From Cenococcum geophilum (lineage: Eukaryota), in contig CP158635.1 of NCBI GenBank assembly GCA_050273025.1, forward strand, positions 13,764,001-13,828,000: a DNA stretch of 64,000 bases, given 5' to 3'. Every line of letters begins with the position of its first letter. Within the stretch, counting starts at the first letter, position 1. This document shows, piece by piece, positions 25,174 through 38,413 of the stretch. A model generated the notes under the pieces. That model was not told where the DNA came from. It was given only the letters and a program-made list of their open reading frames with translations, and ran no database searches. Position numbers and translations under genes: made by a program.

Positions 25174-28100
25174 ACCACTAGCGCCTTAGCGGCCCTCTTG
25201 ATATCTTAACCTACTATATAGTAATCCTTACGCTAAGAGCGGTATACTACGCTGAAAGTAAGAGTTAAGGCAACGGAGGTTAGTGGTCTTAGTTTTAATA
25301 TATAGGCGAAAGGCTTCTAATAACCACCGACCTAGCTACTAAATTTACTAATATAAATACCCTAAATCTTTAGCAAACTGGGCAGCGCCCTGGCGGAAGG
25401 AGTGGTTTAAGTAACTACTTAGGTTAATCCCAGCAGCTACTAGATGGGAGAAAAGGATCTTGCGAACCCCTAGAGAGGTAAAGCGTTTACCATTAAGACT
25501 AAATAAGGGAGAGTTAAGGGGTTAAGGGTCCCTGTTAAACAGCTTCGTTATAGCAGCGACTGGGCATAATAGGCCGCCTACCGCCGTGATAGCAACGTTA
25601 ACGCCCTAGTGTTGCTTATTAGCTTTACTCTATTTAAGGCGGAATATTATCCCACCAGGCGTAAAGGTAATATTATATTAAGTGGCCTTTTTTGCTAGGA
25701 AGGTCGTTCGGTTCTTAAGCTCCGCCGTAGTATACGTAATCTTACCCATTTGTAGAAATCTAGCAAATACGAGGGTAAATGCGGCATCAGTGTTAACATC
25801 CGGTAGCGATAGGCCGTGTGTTACTACCTGGGCTAGAATATCCCTAGTAATAGGTTACTTATCCTTTTTTACTAAGGGAGAGATAGCGGCTGCTTTGGCA
25901 AGTAATTGGTATACTATAGGATCCTTAAATACTGTAATTAAGATACTATAATCTATATGGCGCGAGCGAATTACGGAGATATAGGCTTATAAGGTTTCGG
26001 CCTTAAGCCTACCTATTTATGGCTAGGAGGTACTAAACGCGCGGCAGGCAATCTATTTGCTTAGTTTACGCGGCTTAGCCAAGTAGGGGGAGACTCCTTT
26101 AAGTGCGCAGTATGACTCCTAGCTATTAACTACTAAGGAATAGTTCCTATAGGTTACTGGCGTAAGGCCGTTCTAAAAAAGGAGCGCGTAGAGGTTGGAT
26201 AGCGCGTTAATATTATCTTTAAAGTTTATAGGCGGTTATAAGTAGTCCGTTAGGTTTACGGCACCTATTAAAAACTTATTAGCTTTAGTAGTAATAAATT
26301 AAGGGCCCAGTATGGGTAGAACTAATAGATAGCCGCGGCCTAGAATTAAGATAGTATATTAGCTAAGCTATTTAAATTACCTAGGATCTACTTCGCGGAT
26401 ATTATAATATCGTAAGCTATAGCAGCTAGCATAATCTTACGGAGCGATTCATTTACTACGCTATAGACGACGGTTTTCTTAATACCCTAGTAAACTACTA
26501 TACTATTAGTGTGAATAGATAGCGCGCTATACTGCTAGTTGGTAGACTATAGATTAAATACGTAAGTAATAGTATGTATCTCTTTTGGATTAATATAGTT
26601 TACTTATTAACTGGGCTTAGGTAATATACTAAACGCCTAAGATTAAGGGAGGTTGGCTATATACTACTACCAGTTATCCTTATATTTAAGTTTCTTAAAA
26701 AAGTAAAAGCTACCAAACCCAAACCGAGTAGAGGCGTTAGTAAAGAGGTAAATACAGGTACGCTTAACGTCGTTAAAGAATAATACCCCATTACTTATAG
26801 TAAGTAGGTTAAGCCAGATATATAAGTCACTTCGCAACTTAGTGCTAAATCGCCTAGGTTTATGCTTATTTACTAGAGTCTCCAGCTAAGCAGTAATAAA
26901 GATCTAAAGGGATCTAGAGTAAGATTAACCAAGTCTAATTACGTGGGCGCACTATGCGAGGTAGCCCGCAAGCTACTAGGCTTAAAAGAACAATAATAAG
27001 CCGTATTAAAGTGTGGTAGTAACTTTCTCAATAGTATATAATTATTTCTGTAGTAACAATCGCGTTTGCATTTATACGGTATTAATAGTATATCCTAGAA
27101 CTTTAATAACAGTTCCTGCTATGTCTTTAGAGCCATTTTAAGGGATACCTAGGAAGTTAGTAACAGAGATATAAGTCTAGGTAATAGCCGCTAAGTCGTT
27201 CGGGTTAGTAAGGATAAAGATAAAGTCATCTAGGTAGTATTTTACCTTATAAGGTAGTTGTAAATAGAGTATCTAGTATAGGCCTTCCGCGAAGAGGTTA
27301 AATATAAGCGGTGCAGTTTAAAGACTAAAGGATAGGCAGCATTCCTAGTAGGTAACACCTTCCCAGAAGAAGCCTATTAATATTCTTGCCCTATAAGATA
27401 GGGGGACTATACAGAACGCGTCTTTAATATCTCTTTTAAGCAGCAGACATCCATAACCTATAGAAATAACGTAGGCTTAAATAGCGGTAACTGTAGTGTA
27501 TACTAGTGCTCCATATTCTTCTAGGATTGCGTCATTAACTAAAGATGCTAGTAAAAAGGAGAGATCGTGAATTCGGCGGTATCCTCTATCTAATTTTGGC
27601 ACTAGGCTAAGAGGTAAGACTATAATAGGCCCTATCGCGATTCTAATATGTCCTTTTTTAAGGTCTAATATTATCTTCTCAGAGATAAGGTCGGCGTTAT
27701 CCTAAGAGGAGTTATAGTTCCTACAAGATCTTGGGGTAGGAATAGACTTGGCTCCTATCTCGTAGCTATAGGTTAGGATGCCTACTAAGGTAGCTAGTAG
27801 ATTACCCGGGTAGTTAGATAGAAGGAAGTGCCACGCTAAGATCCTTAGGGGTAATGGAGAGTGGTAGAGAGCCTTCGCCTCTATAAAGGTAGAGAATAAT
27901 AGTAACGTATTAGGCCTAGGTCCTAGGCGTATAATTAAAGTTGGTGTTATTATTAGGCTAGACCCTACTTTATAAGGTTCGCCTTACTATTCCTAGGCGC
28001 AAGCTTTAGATAATACAGTATAATCTTTACTATACTTTAAGCACTTATGCGGGTATTTGCAAGCTATATTATCGCAGCCTCTGCTATTAAACCTGCGGCA

Positions 28101-29100
28101 GGTATTAGAGGTATAGGAGGTATCTAACCTAGGTCTCTTTAAGGCGGCAAAGCCGATAGCACTAGATATCGTAAGGTATGGCGCTGTATACTAGGCTGGC
28201 ATTTGCCAATTAGCGGGCTCTAGTTAGCCATTGGTTATCACAAAGGTATAATAGTTAAGTGCTAAGTTGAGTATATAACCTACCTAGATATACTAGGTTA
28301 ATAAGGTACGAATTATGTTTATTTAAAAAAGTATACTAGTAATAAGGTCCAGCGGGCATATATAGAGGGTGCCAGTAATAACTATGTAGTTAGTAAAACC
28401 TTTAAACCAGACGCCTTTATCTATAAATAGCTTCCTATCTGCCTTTGCCTTCCTTATAACTAGAGTACTATTCTTAATCCATATCTTATCAGTGATCTTA
28501 ATTTAAGCGGTATGGACTTAAAGACGGGCGAGGTTTACTAGATCGAAGGTACCCTTAAAAATGTCCAGGTAATCCCTTTTTATAACGCTAGGAAGGCGAA
28601 GTTTAAGTAACTTTACGCTAGAAGAGAGAGGCTCACCAAGGACATCAGCTATAGTAGCTGTTGTGGTAGCCTATAAGGCCGAAGCGGCCAAGCCTAACTA
28701 TAATTAAGCCATTCGAGCCAGGTGGTATTTATACTGGCGAGCTTCCTCCGCTAGGTGGGCTTCGCGCTCTTCCTTATACTTCTAAATCTCCCTTTCATCT
28801 CGGGCTTGTTCCCTTTACTCTTTAGCAATTTCGCGCTCTTCTACGGCAGTGGCGCGTATATTAGCCTCAAACGGCATTATAAAACCAGTAGAGGAGGGTA
28901 TAGCGGTTATAGACGATGGTGTAGTTAAGGTAGGTCGTCTAGGTGGGTTTGCTCGTTAGGATTATACATGCATACAAGTCTCCTAGTTGGTTATAAGCGG
29001 TAATAGCGTTATAAAATAATTCTCAAACGAATGGATGATAAATGTATAATAAATATTAATAAGTTTAGCGATATTAAAAGCGAATTAGCCACGTAGTGAC
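25174..29100 (-). mobile_element. Tyrosine-recombinase retrotransposon (Ngaro/DIRS-like): gag, RT/RNase H, YR; RIP-inactivated
   Basis: gag Cys/His finger CRRFNSRGC...CKYPHKC..C ~28030-28100; RT YRRIHDLSF, KRDIKDAF, CLSFGLRTAPLIFNLFAEGLHW, HYLDDF at ~27220-27580; RNase H FTDAS ~26735; YR FRLKRSKADK, CPVAA, HSFRQGAAQ at ~25380-25650. Termini not resolved. Confidence 0.9.
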
Positions 29101-29490
29101 TACGTTCGATATTCGCGAATATTGCGGGAGGTCTCAGCATTGTGCGTTACTAAGGTAAATGCTGCCAAGCAATATATAGACGCTAGTATATATAGAGATA
29201 AGGTTTTCCAGGGGGAGACCCCCTAGGACCCCCCTATATAAAGCTTTTGCTTAATTTAGAAGTAGTAGTAAAATTAAGGCGCCTTAATTACTACTAAGTA
29301 AGGATCTACTATAGTAACCAAGGCGCCCTACTTAAGCTAGGCTTAAGGATTATATTGGTTACGAATCTAGTATATATTTAAACTGCAGAGCTTTAATATA
29401 GAGCCCTCTACGTAGGATCTGATATAGTAGGTACATATTTACGTTCCTAAATATCGTTACGTAACGCAATTTTTGGGTAACAAAAACCGC

Positions 29491-29689
29491 TGTTGACGTT
29501 GCTTAACTAACACCTACTAGAGATTCCTCCGTCCTTCCTATCTCCTCTCTTACCCGTCTCTTTATCCGATGCTATTTATATCACTATATTAACTAATAGA
29601 TCCCTTAGTAAAGACTAGGGAGGGGTATTAGAGCGCCTCTAGCTCTTATAAGGAGGAGGAGGGAGGGAGAAAGGGAGGAAGGTGTAGAG
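29491..29689. repeat. Partial unit of the ~255-bp tandem array, separated from the rest by the Copia insertion
   Basis: Matches the units at 43705-43898; the sequence resumes at 43642 after the TAGAG TSD. Confidence 0.9.
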
Positions 29690-31831
29690 TGACGATGGTT
29701 CTAGAGGAGTCCTCCACATTCGTTTCTGGCTTATATAAGCAGATTCCCTTTGTTTCTATCGTGGTCAGAGTTAGTAAGTAACCACTTCTGACTTAGTAAG
29801 TATAGGCCTATATAAGGGCCTATATTCGTCATAGATAGATTTAATAGATTTATATTCATTCTTTTATCCTTAGATCTAGTTCATTAGGTTATAAGCACTT
29901 ATTACTACCAAGCTGCGACATTAGAAGATTGACACCTTACTATAGGTTGCATAAAGGGTTACTATACCCATGCTAGGTTATATCTTACTGCTTTATATTT
30001 AACGCCTTACTATAGGCCGCATTAAGGGTTACCATACCTGCGTACAAAGTCATTCCTTATTATCAAAATTACGCGTTAAAATCGTTTATTTACGTATTAA
30101 AAATCTTTTGTTTACGCATTAAATTCATTTATTTACGTGTCGCTATGGGTAAAGACTATCCAGGCATTTAACGCCTTAAGAAAGACGGTTTAAATTGGCA
30201 CCAATATTAGATATAGCTTAGTACGTACCTATGTAGTGAGGGCCTTCTGCATATTATTTAAGAAGATGCGGCCCCACTCTACCTAAAGCTTTAGGAAGAA
30301 AAACCTACGATATTTATTAATTGAGTACTAAAGGACGCTAGCAAGGAGGAGCGAGATGAGATCCTTAAGAGGTCTTAAATTATTGTAGATACTAATAACT
30401 TAATTTGCTTAACTAATAAGGCACTCTCCAACAAATATAATAAGGAGTTTAAATAGTTCGATAAGGACGACGGCAAAGTCTGTTTAGTTATCCTTGGTAT
30501 AATTAATAATAAGATCCTTACTGCCTTAAAGTATAAGCAGACAGCAAAGGACTATATTAATTACCTTAAGCAGATGTTTAAGGCCCGTGGCTTAATCTAT
30601 AAGGCTAACGTATAGGAGACTTTCGTTAAGCTCCGCTTTTAATTAAACTAGGTAGTTACTATTTTCTTAAGCCGTTACTAAGAAGCGGTTTAAGGAGTTA
30701 AGTAGGTAAAGCTTACCCTAGATAATAAGATCATTAACTATTAATTTATTAACGCCGTTGACAAACACTTCCCTATATAGGCTTAAATCCAACGTAATAA
30801 GATTCGCGATAGCTATATAATCTTACTACCCTAATTAATCGCTAACCTTACTAATAAGGCCCGGCAGAAGGACTTACCTAAGAGCTTTGCCTCGGTTAAT
30901 AAGCTACCAGGTGACTTACGTTCGAATGAGTAGTCCGGTTAAGGACGCGGTAACGGTTGTAGTTATGGCAATGGTCGCGGCGGAGGTAGGGAAGCTAGTT
31001 ATAGTACCTTATTAGGCAATTAAGGCTCTGCTAAGGATGCTTTAAATAGGTATAGGTAGTGCAAGTAAGGTTATTTAGGTGGCGAGGAGGGCTGCTAGAT
31101 AAAGCACGCCTACCTAAGGCCCGAATGGTGGAGACCTGGAGAAAGGCAACCTCAGTGCTTAGGTAATGGAGCAGCCTTAAATACAAATGAGGCCTCCAAG
31201 GGGACATTTAATCGCCTATCTTAGGCTACCAATTCGGCAACTAGATCGATCTTTGCTACGTAGGTTATTAGGCCAGTAGCTATAGCTTTAGGAACGAATA
31301 TTAAGGACTCCTAGATAGCCGACAGTTGCTCGAATATTTATATAGGCAATGATATTAGGAAGTTCGTCTAGTATTAGGAAATTAAACCCATCTAAATTTA
31401 GACGGGAGGAGGCCTAATAAAGGCCATTGGCGTTAGATTAGTTAAGCTTATAGTCGCCTAAACTAACTACTTAGCCTATATAATTATATTTACTAAAGTA
31501 TATCACTGTCCTAACTTCTTCATAAATATTGTCTCGCTTAGTGTTCTATAAGAGAAGGGAGCCTTCTTTAACGGTCTCCATAATACAATTAACCTTATTA
31601 AAAATCGGGCAGAAATAGCCTATATCCTATACATTAACGGACTTAATACGTTTATATTGGTAGATAACCCTATGGAGGTTCCTTTCGCAATAGCTCTGGC
31701 TACCGCACAATCGCGCCTTTATAAGAAAGGCGTGCTTGCCAAAGCTACTATGGAGACTTGGTATAAGAGACTATAATACCTTCCTCCTAACTAGATATGT
31801 CTCCTCGCCAGGAGCATAAAGGGGATCGTAG

Positions 31832-34800
31832 TGTTCCGACTGATATCGGTACATACGATGTTCCGGAACATTTCTGCCTCATTTTAGAACGAGTCGTCCT
31901 TATTCCAGAATGAGTCGTGTATCGCTTTAATCGGCTCCATTCCGGATTACTTACCTTATTCCGGAAAAGATCTTTAAAGGTTAGGCTAATTACTAGGTGG
32001 TATAGTAGGTAGAGGCTCGCTAACGCCCACACGCATACCACGAGTCATGAAGTTCTTTAAAATAGATGCATTTTATGCCTTTATTTTTCTTCATTTCTAG
32101 ATTTAATTAGTAAATAGTTATCGCATAGGGTCTAGAATAACCTCAAATTACACTAACTATACCTATATGACGTCGCCAAAAGATCCACTTAATAAGTGTA
32201 TATTTGGTAGTCGAATAATATTTTGTAATTAAGCGTGAGGCATTTTACAGGGCTCTCGTAAGCTCCTTTATGGTGTTGATTTTGCTTAAAAATCGCCTAA
32301 TTAGGCTTAGCGCAGGGGCTATCGCGAACTTTGAAATTTTTTTTATTAATCCTTTCTTACCTACCGCCTCTACGCACGACTTAATTAGATCCTTAATAAT
32401 ATGCGTACCTTTTCTATAAGTTCTAAATATATATTTGACTCTACTGCTAGCTTAAATCTAACACTAGTAACAGCAATGTCGTCCTCCGCGTCTACCTCCG
32501 CGCCCGTACCTAATGTAGCTCCCTTACCTCCTACTAATACTCCTACCGCGAATGAAGACTACAACGCTAGCTAAGCAGTCGTTTCCTTCTTAGTTATAGT
32601 AAAGCCTACCTTTACTAAGTATCTAGAAGAAACCCAAAACGCCTTAATAAAGCGCGTTATACAGGAAAAATATAACGATATTATTTCCTAGCTCACTAAT
32701 CTAGGTTATAAAGCTCTCTTACAGGCCGAACGTAACGCTAAATTAAAGGCTAAGAGCCGCTAGTTTATATAGGAATAAGGCGAAGAGTATATACGCGGCC
32801 TCTGGAGGCGGTTAATTCGCTTACCTAACCGTAGCTTAAAGGTTGTTCCTAAGCCAGAAATATATAATACCATCGTTTAGTGCCATAAGGAGCTTTACTA
32901 CATAGGGCAGAAGAAGACATATAGTACGCTTGCGGCCAATTAATATAGTATATGGCTAGTAGAAGTTGTTTAGCTTCTAGAACACTGCCGGGTGTGCATT
33001 AAGTAAGTTTAACTTTTTATAAAATTGTTAGTTGTACTAATATTCTTATAGGAGCGCTCCTAACGCTATACGGCCACCGCTTAATGCAATTATCTCTAGG
33101 GCTCCTTTTAATTGTATCTAGGGCGATCTTATTAATATGCGTAATGAGGCCGACGGTAAATATAAATGGATCCTATAGATATGCGATTACTTTAGTAAAT
33201 ACTATGCCCTCTACCCCCTTAAGTAGAAGACCGCTAAGCAAGTCGCCGTAGCTGTGCTCTAATGGATATATTATTATATTCACCCGCGTATTTAGCAGAG
33301 CGATAACGGCTTAGAATTTAAAGGCGCCCTTCTTATACTGCTTAGGCGTTATAGAATTAAGGTAATTAACAGCCGGCTATAACACCCCTAGTTGTAAGGC
33401 CTTGTAGAGCAAGCCAATGAAGAAGAAGCTTTATACAGCAAAGCGACTCTTAGGAACTTCGCGATGGGTGGCAGCTTGCCCAATTATCATAGCCTTAATT
33501 AATCGCACCTACCATGAATTAATCGGCTGTATACCTTTCTACTGCCTCTATAGGAGAGATCCTTAGCCATCTACTTTAGTGGCGCCTGGCTACCGGGCTA
33601 CTATAGAGCCTTTGCTAGAAGTTACCAACGCCTCCAAAGCTAAGGAGGAAGAGGATCTTAATGGCAATAAGGAAGTTCTTAGTCCTCTACTAGATGAGAA
33701 CGGTAATAGGCGATAGGCAGCTAAGTAAGAGCGCGAGGATAATAAATATTCTAATAAGGAACCTAACGGCAGCTAGAGCTTAATTGCGGCCAAATATAAA
33801 GATAAGGAGAATAAGGATTAATTAGAAGATGAGGAGAATAAGGGTTAATTAGAAGATAAGGAGAATAAGGGTTAATTAGAAGATGAGGAGAATAAGGGTC
33901 TAATTAATCCTTATTTTCCTCATCTTCTAATTAACCCTTATTCTCCTTATCTTCTAATTAAAGTTAATATATAGAGGCCAAGGACTCCTTTAAACCCTAC
34001 TTTATCTAACGACGATTAAACCTTTAAAGGCTGCTCACCAATCTTAAGTTAAACTCGCGATATTATGGAGGCTATGCAGTCATTAGGATTAAGTGGATTT
34101 AGATAGCCTCCGCCTCTACTAGAAGGCTTTCCTACACTAAGTTAAGACGCCTAGATACAATTAATAAGAGAAGAGTTTACTAAATTAAATAGACAGATTA
34201 TAGCCGACGCCGCTGCTAGAGCTCTATAGCAAGCTAAGTTCAATTGTAATATTAAAAGAAGATAGCGATCTATCTATTAGCAGGAGGAGTTATATCTAGA
34301 TAACTAGATTAAAGATTTGGAGGATCCTTTTTATATACCCGGAGGCTCCTTTATAGATGATCTTGCTATAAGGGTTAAAGATATACGCGCATAGCTCTAC
34401 CGCGCAGCTGGTGGAGTAGGCCTGCCACCTATGGATTTTAATGAGTACTATAACGTCGCTATGCCTTTTTACCGGCGTGAGTTAATTCGGGCGGCAAAGG
34501 ACTTTAATTACCCTATTTACTCTATACCACTATAGCGAGAGCTTGTACGGCAGGTGCGTAAGAGACTTAAGGAATGTCAGAAGGAATTACAATCGCAGTA
34601 GCTGTAAAGTCCCTTATAACGTTTAGATTCCTCTACTTATAATTTATTAGATTTGTATAAGAGAGTTTAACAGCGAGCTGCTTACTCCCGCGAACGAATA
34701 AAGAAGAAGTATAGTAAGCAGCACTACGTTACCAAATTCAATATAGGTGATGTTGTCCTTTTTGGAATTCCTAGAAAGCTTCGACGCAGTACTAAAGTCT

Positions 34801-36055
34801 CCTATATACCTGGCCGCATACATAAGATTTAAAATCACGGCTACTTTAAGGTTTGTACTTAGTACGGAATTATTAAGGAGCTCTTCTTGGGCAGCGAGCT
34901 TATTAAGCCGCTAGAGACTTATGATGCTTGCCTTAATATAAGCGTTAGTACAATTCTGCCGCTCTCTACAGTAGTTAAAGCCTATTTGACAACTGCGCGG
35001 CCTACCTGCTGTAGGTATAGGCAAGGATGTAACGATTAATAATATAGCTATCGAAAAGGAAATATAGAGTGTTCTTCCTATTGTTATAGAGGAAAGCCTT
35101 ATATAAATCGGCCGACGGAGGACTTCCTAGGCGAGCCTCTAGCAAGAGCTTATAGAAGGCTTACTAGTACTTAGATTAGCTCTTAAATAAAGCGAGCCCA
35201 ATAGGGGACTCTACTATAAAGTTTTACACAACCTTAATTAACAATAGTAGATAAGGAAGATAATTAATTAAGCCTACTGGCGAGGCTGCGTAAGCCAAAG
35301 GAAAGGAAAACAATAGAGTGAGTAAGGTTGGCGTAGCTAGGAGAAATCTAAACCGTAATTGCGCCAAACCTAATTAGGCAATTAGTCTATAGCTAGTAGA
35401 ACGTTAGAGGGCCCGGATTTTAATAAATCTTAGTAGGTTTAAAGCTTTATACGATTTATAAATTTTGGTGTTAGGGAATATAATTAACCACCCCCTACCT
35501 AATTGGTTTCTACTACTTATAGACTATATCTATAATGTGGAAAGGCCTTTAAATACACCTATAAATCGCAGCGTAACCTAGTTTAGATGGAATCTAATGG
35601 TGTTATGGTGGTTTGGGGGGGGTGGTAAAATTTAATCGCTAGAGCAATAGAAAATCTTATTAAAAAATTAAAATCTTATATTTTTATACCAGATATCGCG
35701 ACTATGCTCTACTAAATGATAGATTATAATATCTAAGATATATAACCACTTATTTTGCAGCTAAAATTAAATTAATTATATATTGGTCCTTATTTATAAT
35801 CATTAAGAAATAGGCAAAATCCATATATTTATTAAGAAGTTAAAAAAGCTCTATCAAATCTTAATATAGCTTTAAATCTTAATATAGCTTTAAATATTTT
35901 CCAGAATAAGGCAAGATCTTTTCTGGAATAAGGTAAGTAATCCGGAATAGAGCCGATTAAAGCGATACACGACTCATTCTGGAACAAGGACAACTCGTTT
36001 TAAAATGAGGCAGAAATGTTCCGGAACATCGTATATACCGATATCAGTCGGAACA
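31832..36055 (+). mobile_element. Ginger-like DNA transposon (retroviral-integrase-type DDE transposase with long TIRs)
   Basis: 143-bp TIRs TGTTCC...GGAACA (31832-31974, 35913-36055); 5-bp TSD CGTAG; HHCC zinc motif ~32880-33000; intron 33003-33051; core IQGDLIDMR...ICDHFSKY...QSDNGSEF...GRPRHPQSQGLVEQAN (reverted); C-terminal CxC cluster ~35007-35110. Confidence 0.88.
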
Positions 36056-38413
36056 CGTAGTCACTAAGGATAAGCCATTTCACTGCGAGGACTATCACCT
36101 CGGAAAAGCCAAGAAGCAAATATTAAGACGCCCTTAATAACGTAGCAATCGCATATTTGATAAGGTGCACGTTAACGTAGTTAGGCCATTAAAACACGAA
36201 GGCCTCTACGGTAAGAAGTACTGGGTACTATTTACTAATAACCGAACACGCTTTAGATGGATCTACTATATATTAAATAGAGGCTCCGCGGCCTCTACCT
36301 TAAAGTAGTTCGTCCGTATAATTAAGACTTAAATAGGGATAACAATTGGCTGCTTCCAATTAGATAGAGCTGCTAAGTGGTTTAGTAAGGATATAACCGA
36401 TTTCTTTAAGAACAAAGGTATAGTCACTAAAGCCTCTACCCTATATACTGTATACCAAAATGGAATAGTAGAGAAGGCCAATTACCTAGTTAAAGAAAGG
36501 GTTAAGGTAATATTAATTGAGACTTAATTGCTACTAAAGCTCTGGCCTAAAGTCGCTAAGGTAGCCGTACACGGGCTTAATATATTGCCTATATTAGTCA
36601 ATAAGGACAAAGCTCCGCCCGCTTAAGTAATAGCTCTCGCCCTAGGTAATACCAATTCTATAATTATATACGCCAACTAGAAGATCTATAGCTGTCCCGC
36701 CTACGTCTATATTAATAAAAAAGACCCTTAGCGGTAATAGGGTAATAAGTTTGTTGCAAGAGCTTAAAAAGGACGATTAGTTGGCTACGAAGGCTTATAT
36801 ATATATCGCGTCTATCTACCTTATAAGAATAGGGTTGTCTAATTAAGCAGCGTTACCTTTAATAAATTAGGAACCTTTCTTACTACACCGATTAGTGAGG
36901 AAGAAGGTGGCGACGATGATATCTGCTAGATACCACTTAAGGACCTTCCTACCAAAGACACTGCACTAGAGGTCTCTCGGTCACCATAGGGAAGAGGCAA
37001 GGTCTCTCGGTCACTGCAGGAAGGAAGTGAGGCTGCTCGGTCACTGCAGGAGGCAGATAAGGTCTCTCGGGCCTCGCAGTCGGGGGGTGACTCTCAGTCG
37101 GGGGGTGCCTCTGACGATCACGATATCGCACCGCAGCCCAATCGATCTCCCCTTACTGACGAAGAACAGGCAGGTCTTGACCAGCAAGAGCTACCTAATC
37201 TAGGAGGACACCTCCGTTAGGAAGCAACTCCCCTAAGGACATCTACTAGGAGGATCTGGAGCAGATTCTGCCTAAGTACTTAGATAATAAACCTAAACCT
37301 ATAGCGAATACTCGTACACGGTTAAAGCTATAGCTTAACTATAGCGTACTCCATAGAACCAGAAGGAAGGAGCCGGCTATAAAGGCTACCTACCTTACCC
37401 CGTTCTTCGCCTATACGTTTATAAGTGCTTTATTATAGCCTTAGTAGATAAGGATAACTAAGGGACTACCTCTGGAGCTACGGAACTGGAAGGAAGCCAT
37501 AAATTTAATATTTAAGAAGGAGTGGAAGGCTGCGGCGGATAAGGAATAGGAGTCTTAAATAGTAAATGTCTTATTTAAGATCGTCGAACTTCTACCTAGA
37601 GTTAAGGCTCTACCCGTTAAATGGGTCTTTATATATAAATTTAATGAGAACAACGTCCTATTTAGATAGAAAGCATAACTCGTATTATATGGTAATAAGT
37701 AGCGCCTAGGAATTAACTATGGCGACACGTTTACAGGCGTTATTTAACCTAGTATATTTAAGCTATTAATAGCCCTGGTTACCGCATACGATCTAGAGTA
37801 TAAGCACTTAAATGTAATTACGGCCTTCCTTAATAGGAAGCTTAACCGCAAAAACATCTATATTTAACTACCGGAAGGATACCGCCAGTATTAGAAGGAC
37901 GGCGTTGCTTTCGTAGGCCTACTGCTTAAGGCTCTCTACGGTCTTAAGTAGGCGCTACGTCTTTGGTATAAGGAGCTTAAGAGCTTCCTTATTACCCTTA
38001 AATATACGCTAATTCCAGCGGACCTATACGTCTTCATCAGCCAATAAAGCGGCTAAATTATTATCGTCTATATCGATGATCTTATCTTAATTGGATGGGA
38101 CATTCGGATAATTAAACTGCTTAAAGAGGCACTTAGGAATAAGTATAAAGTGAGAGACTTAGGCCCAATTGCGTACTACCTAGGTATTTAAATTATAAGG
38201 GACCACTAAACGCGGTTAATTCGACTGGTACAGGACGCCTATATTAGGAAGATCCTATATATATTCTATATAAAAGACTGCGTACCGGCCTCTACACCAA
38301 TTCACCCCTCTGTAGTAGACTTTAAGCTACGTAAGCTTAAGGATTAAGCTCCCCCGGAGCTGGTAAAACGGTATTAATTATTAATAGGCTCTCTACTTTA
38401 TCCATGCAATTAG

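Noticed and set aside
25240..26230. Tyrosine recombinase as a Starship captain or Crypton
   Set aside because: It is short and directly follows DIRS-type RT/RNase H and gag on the same strand.
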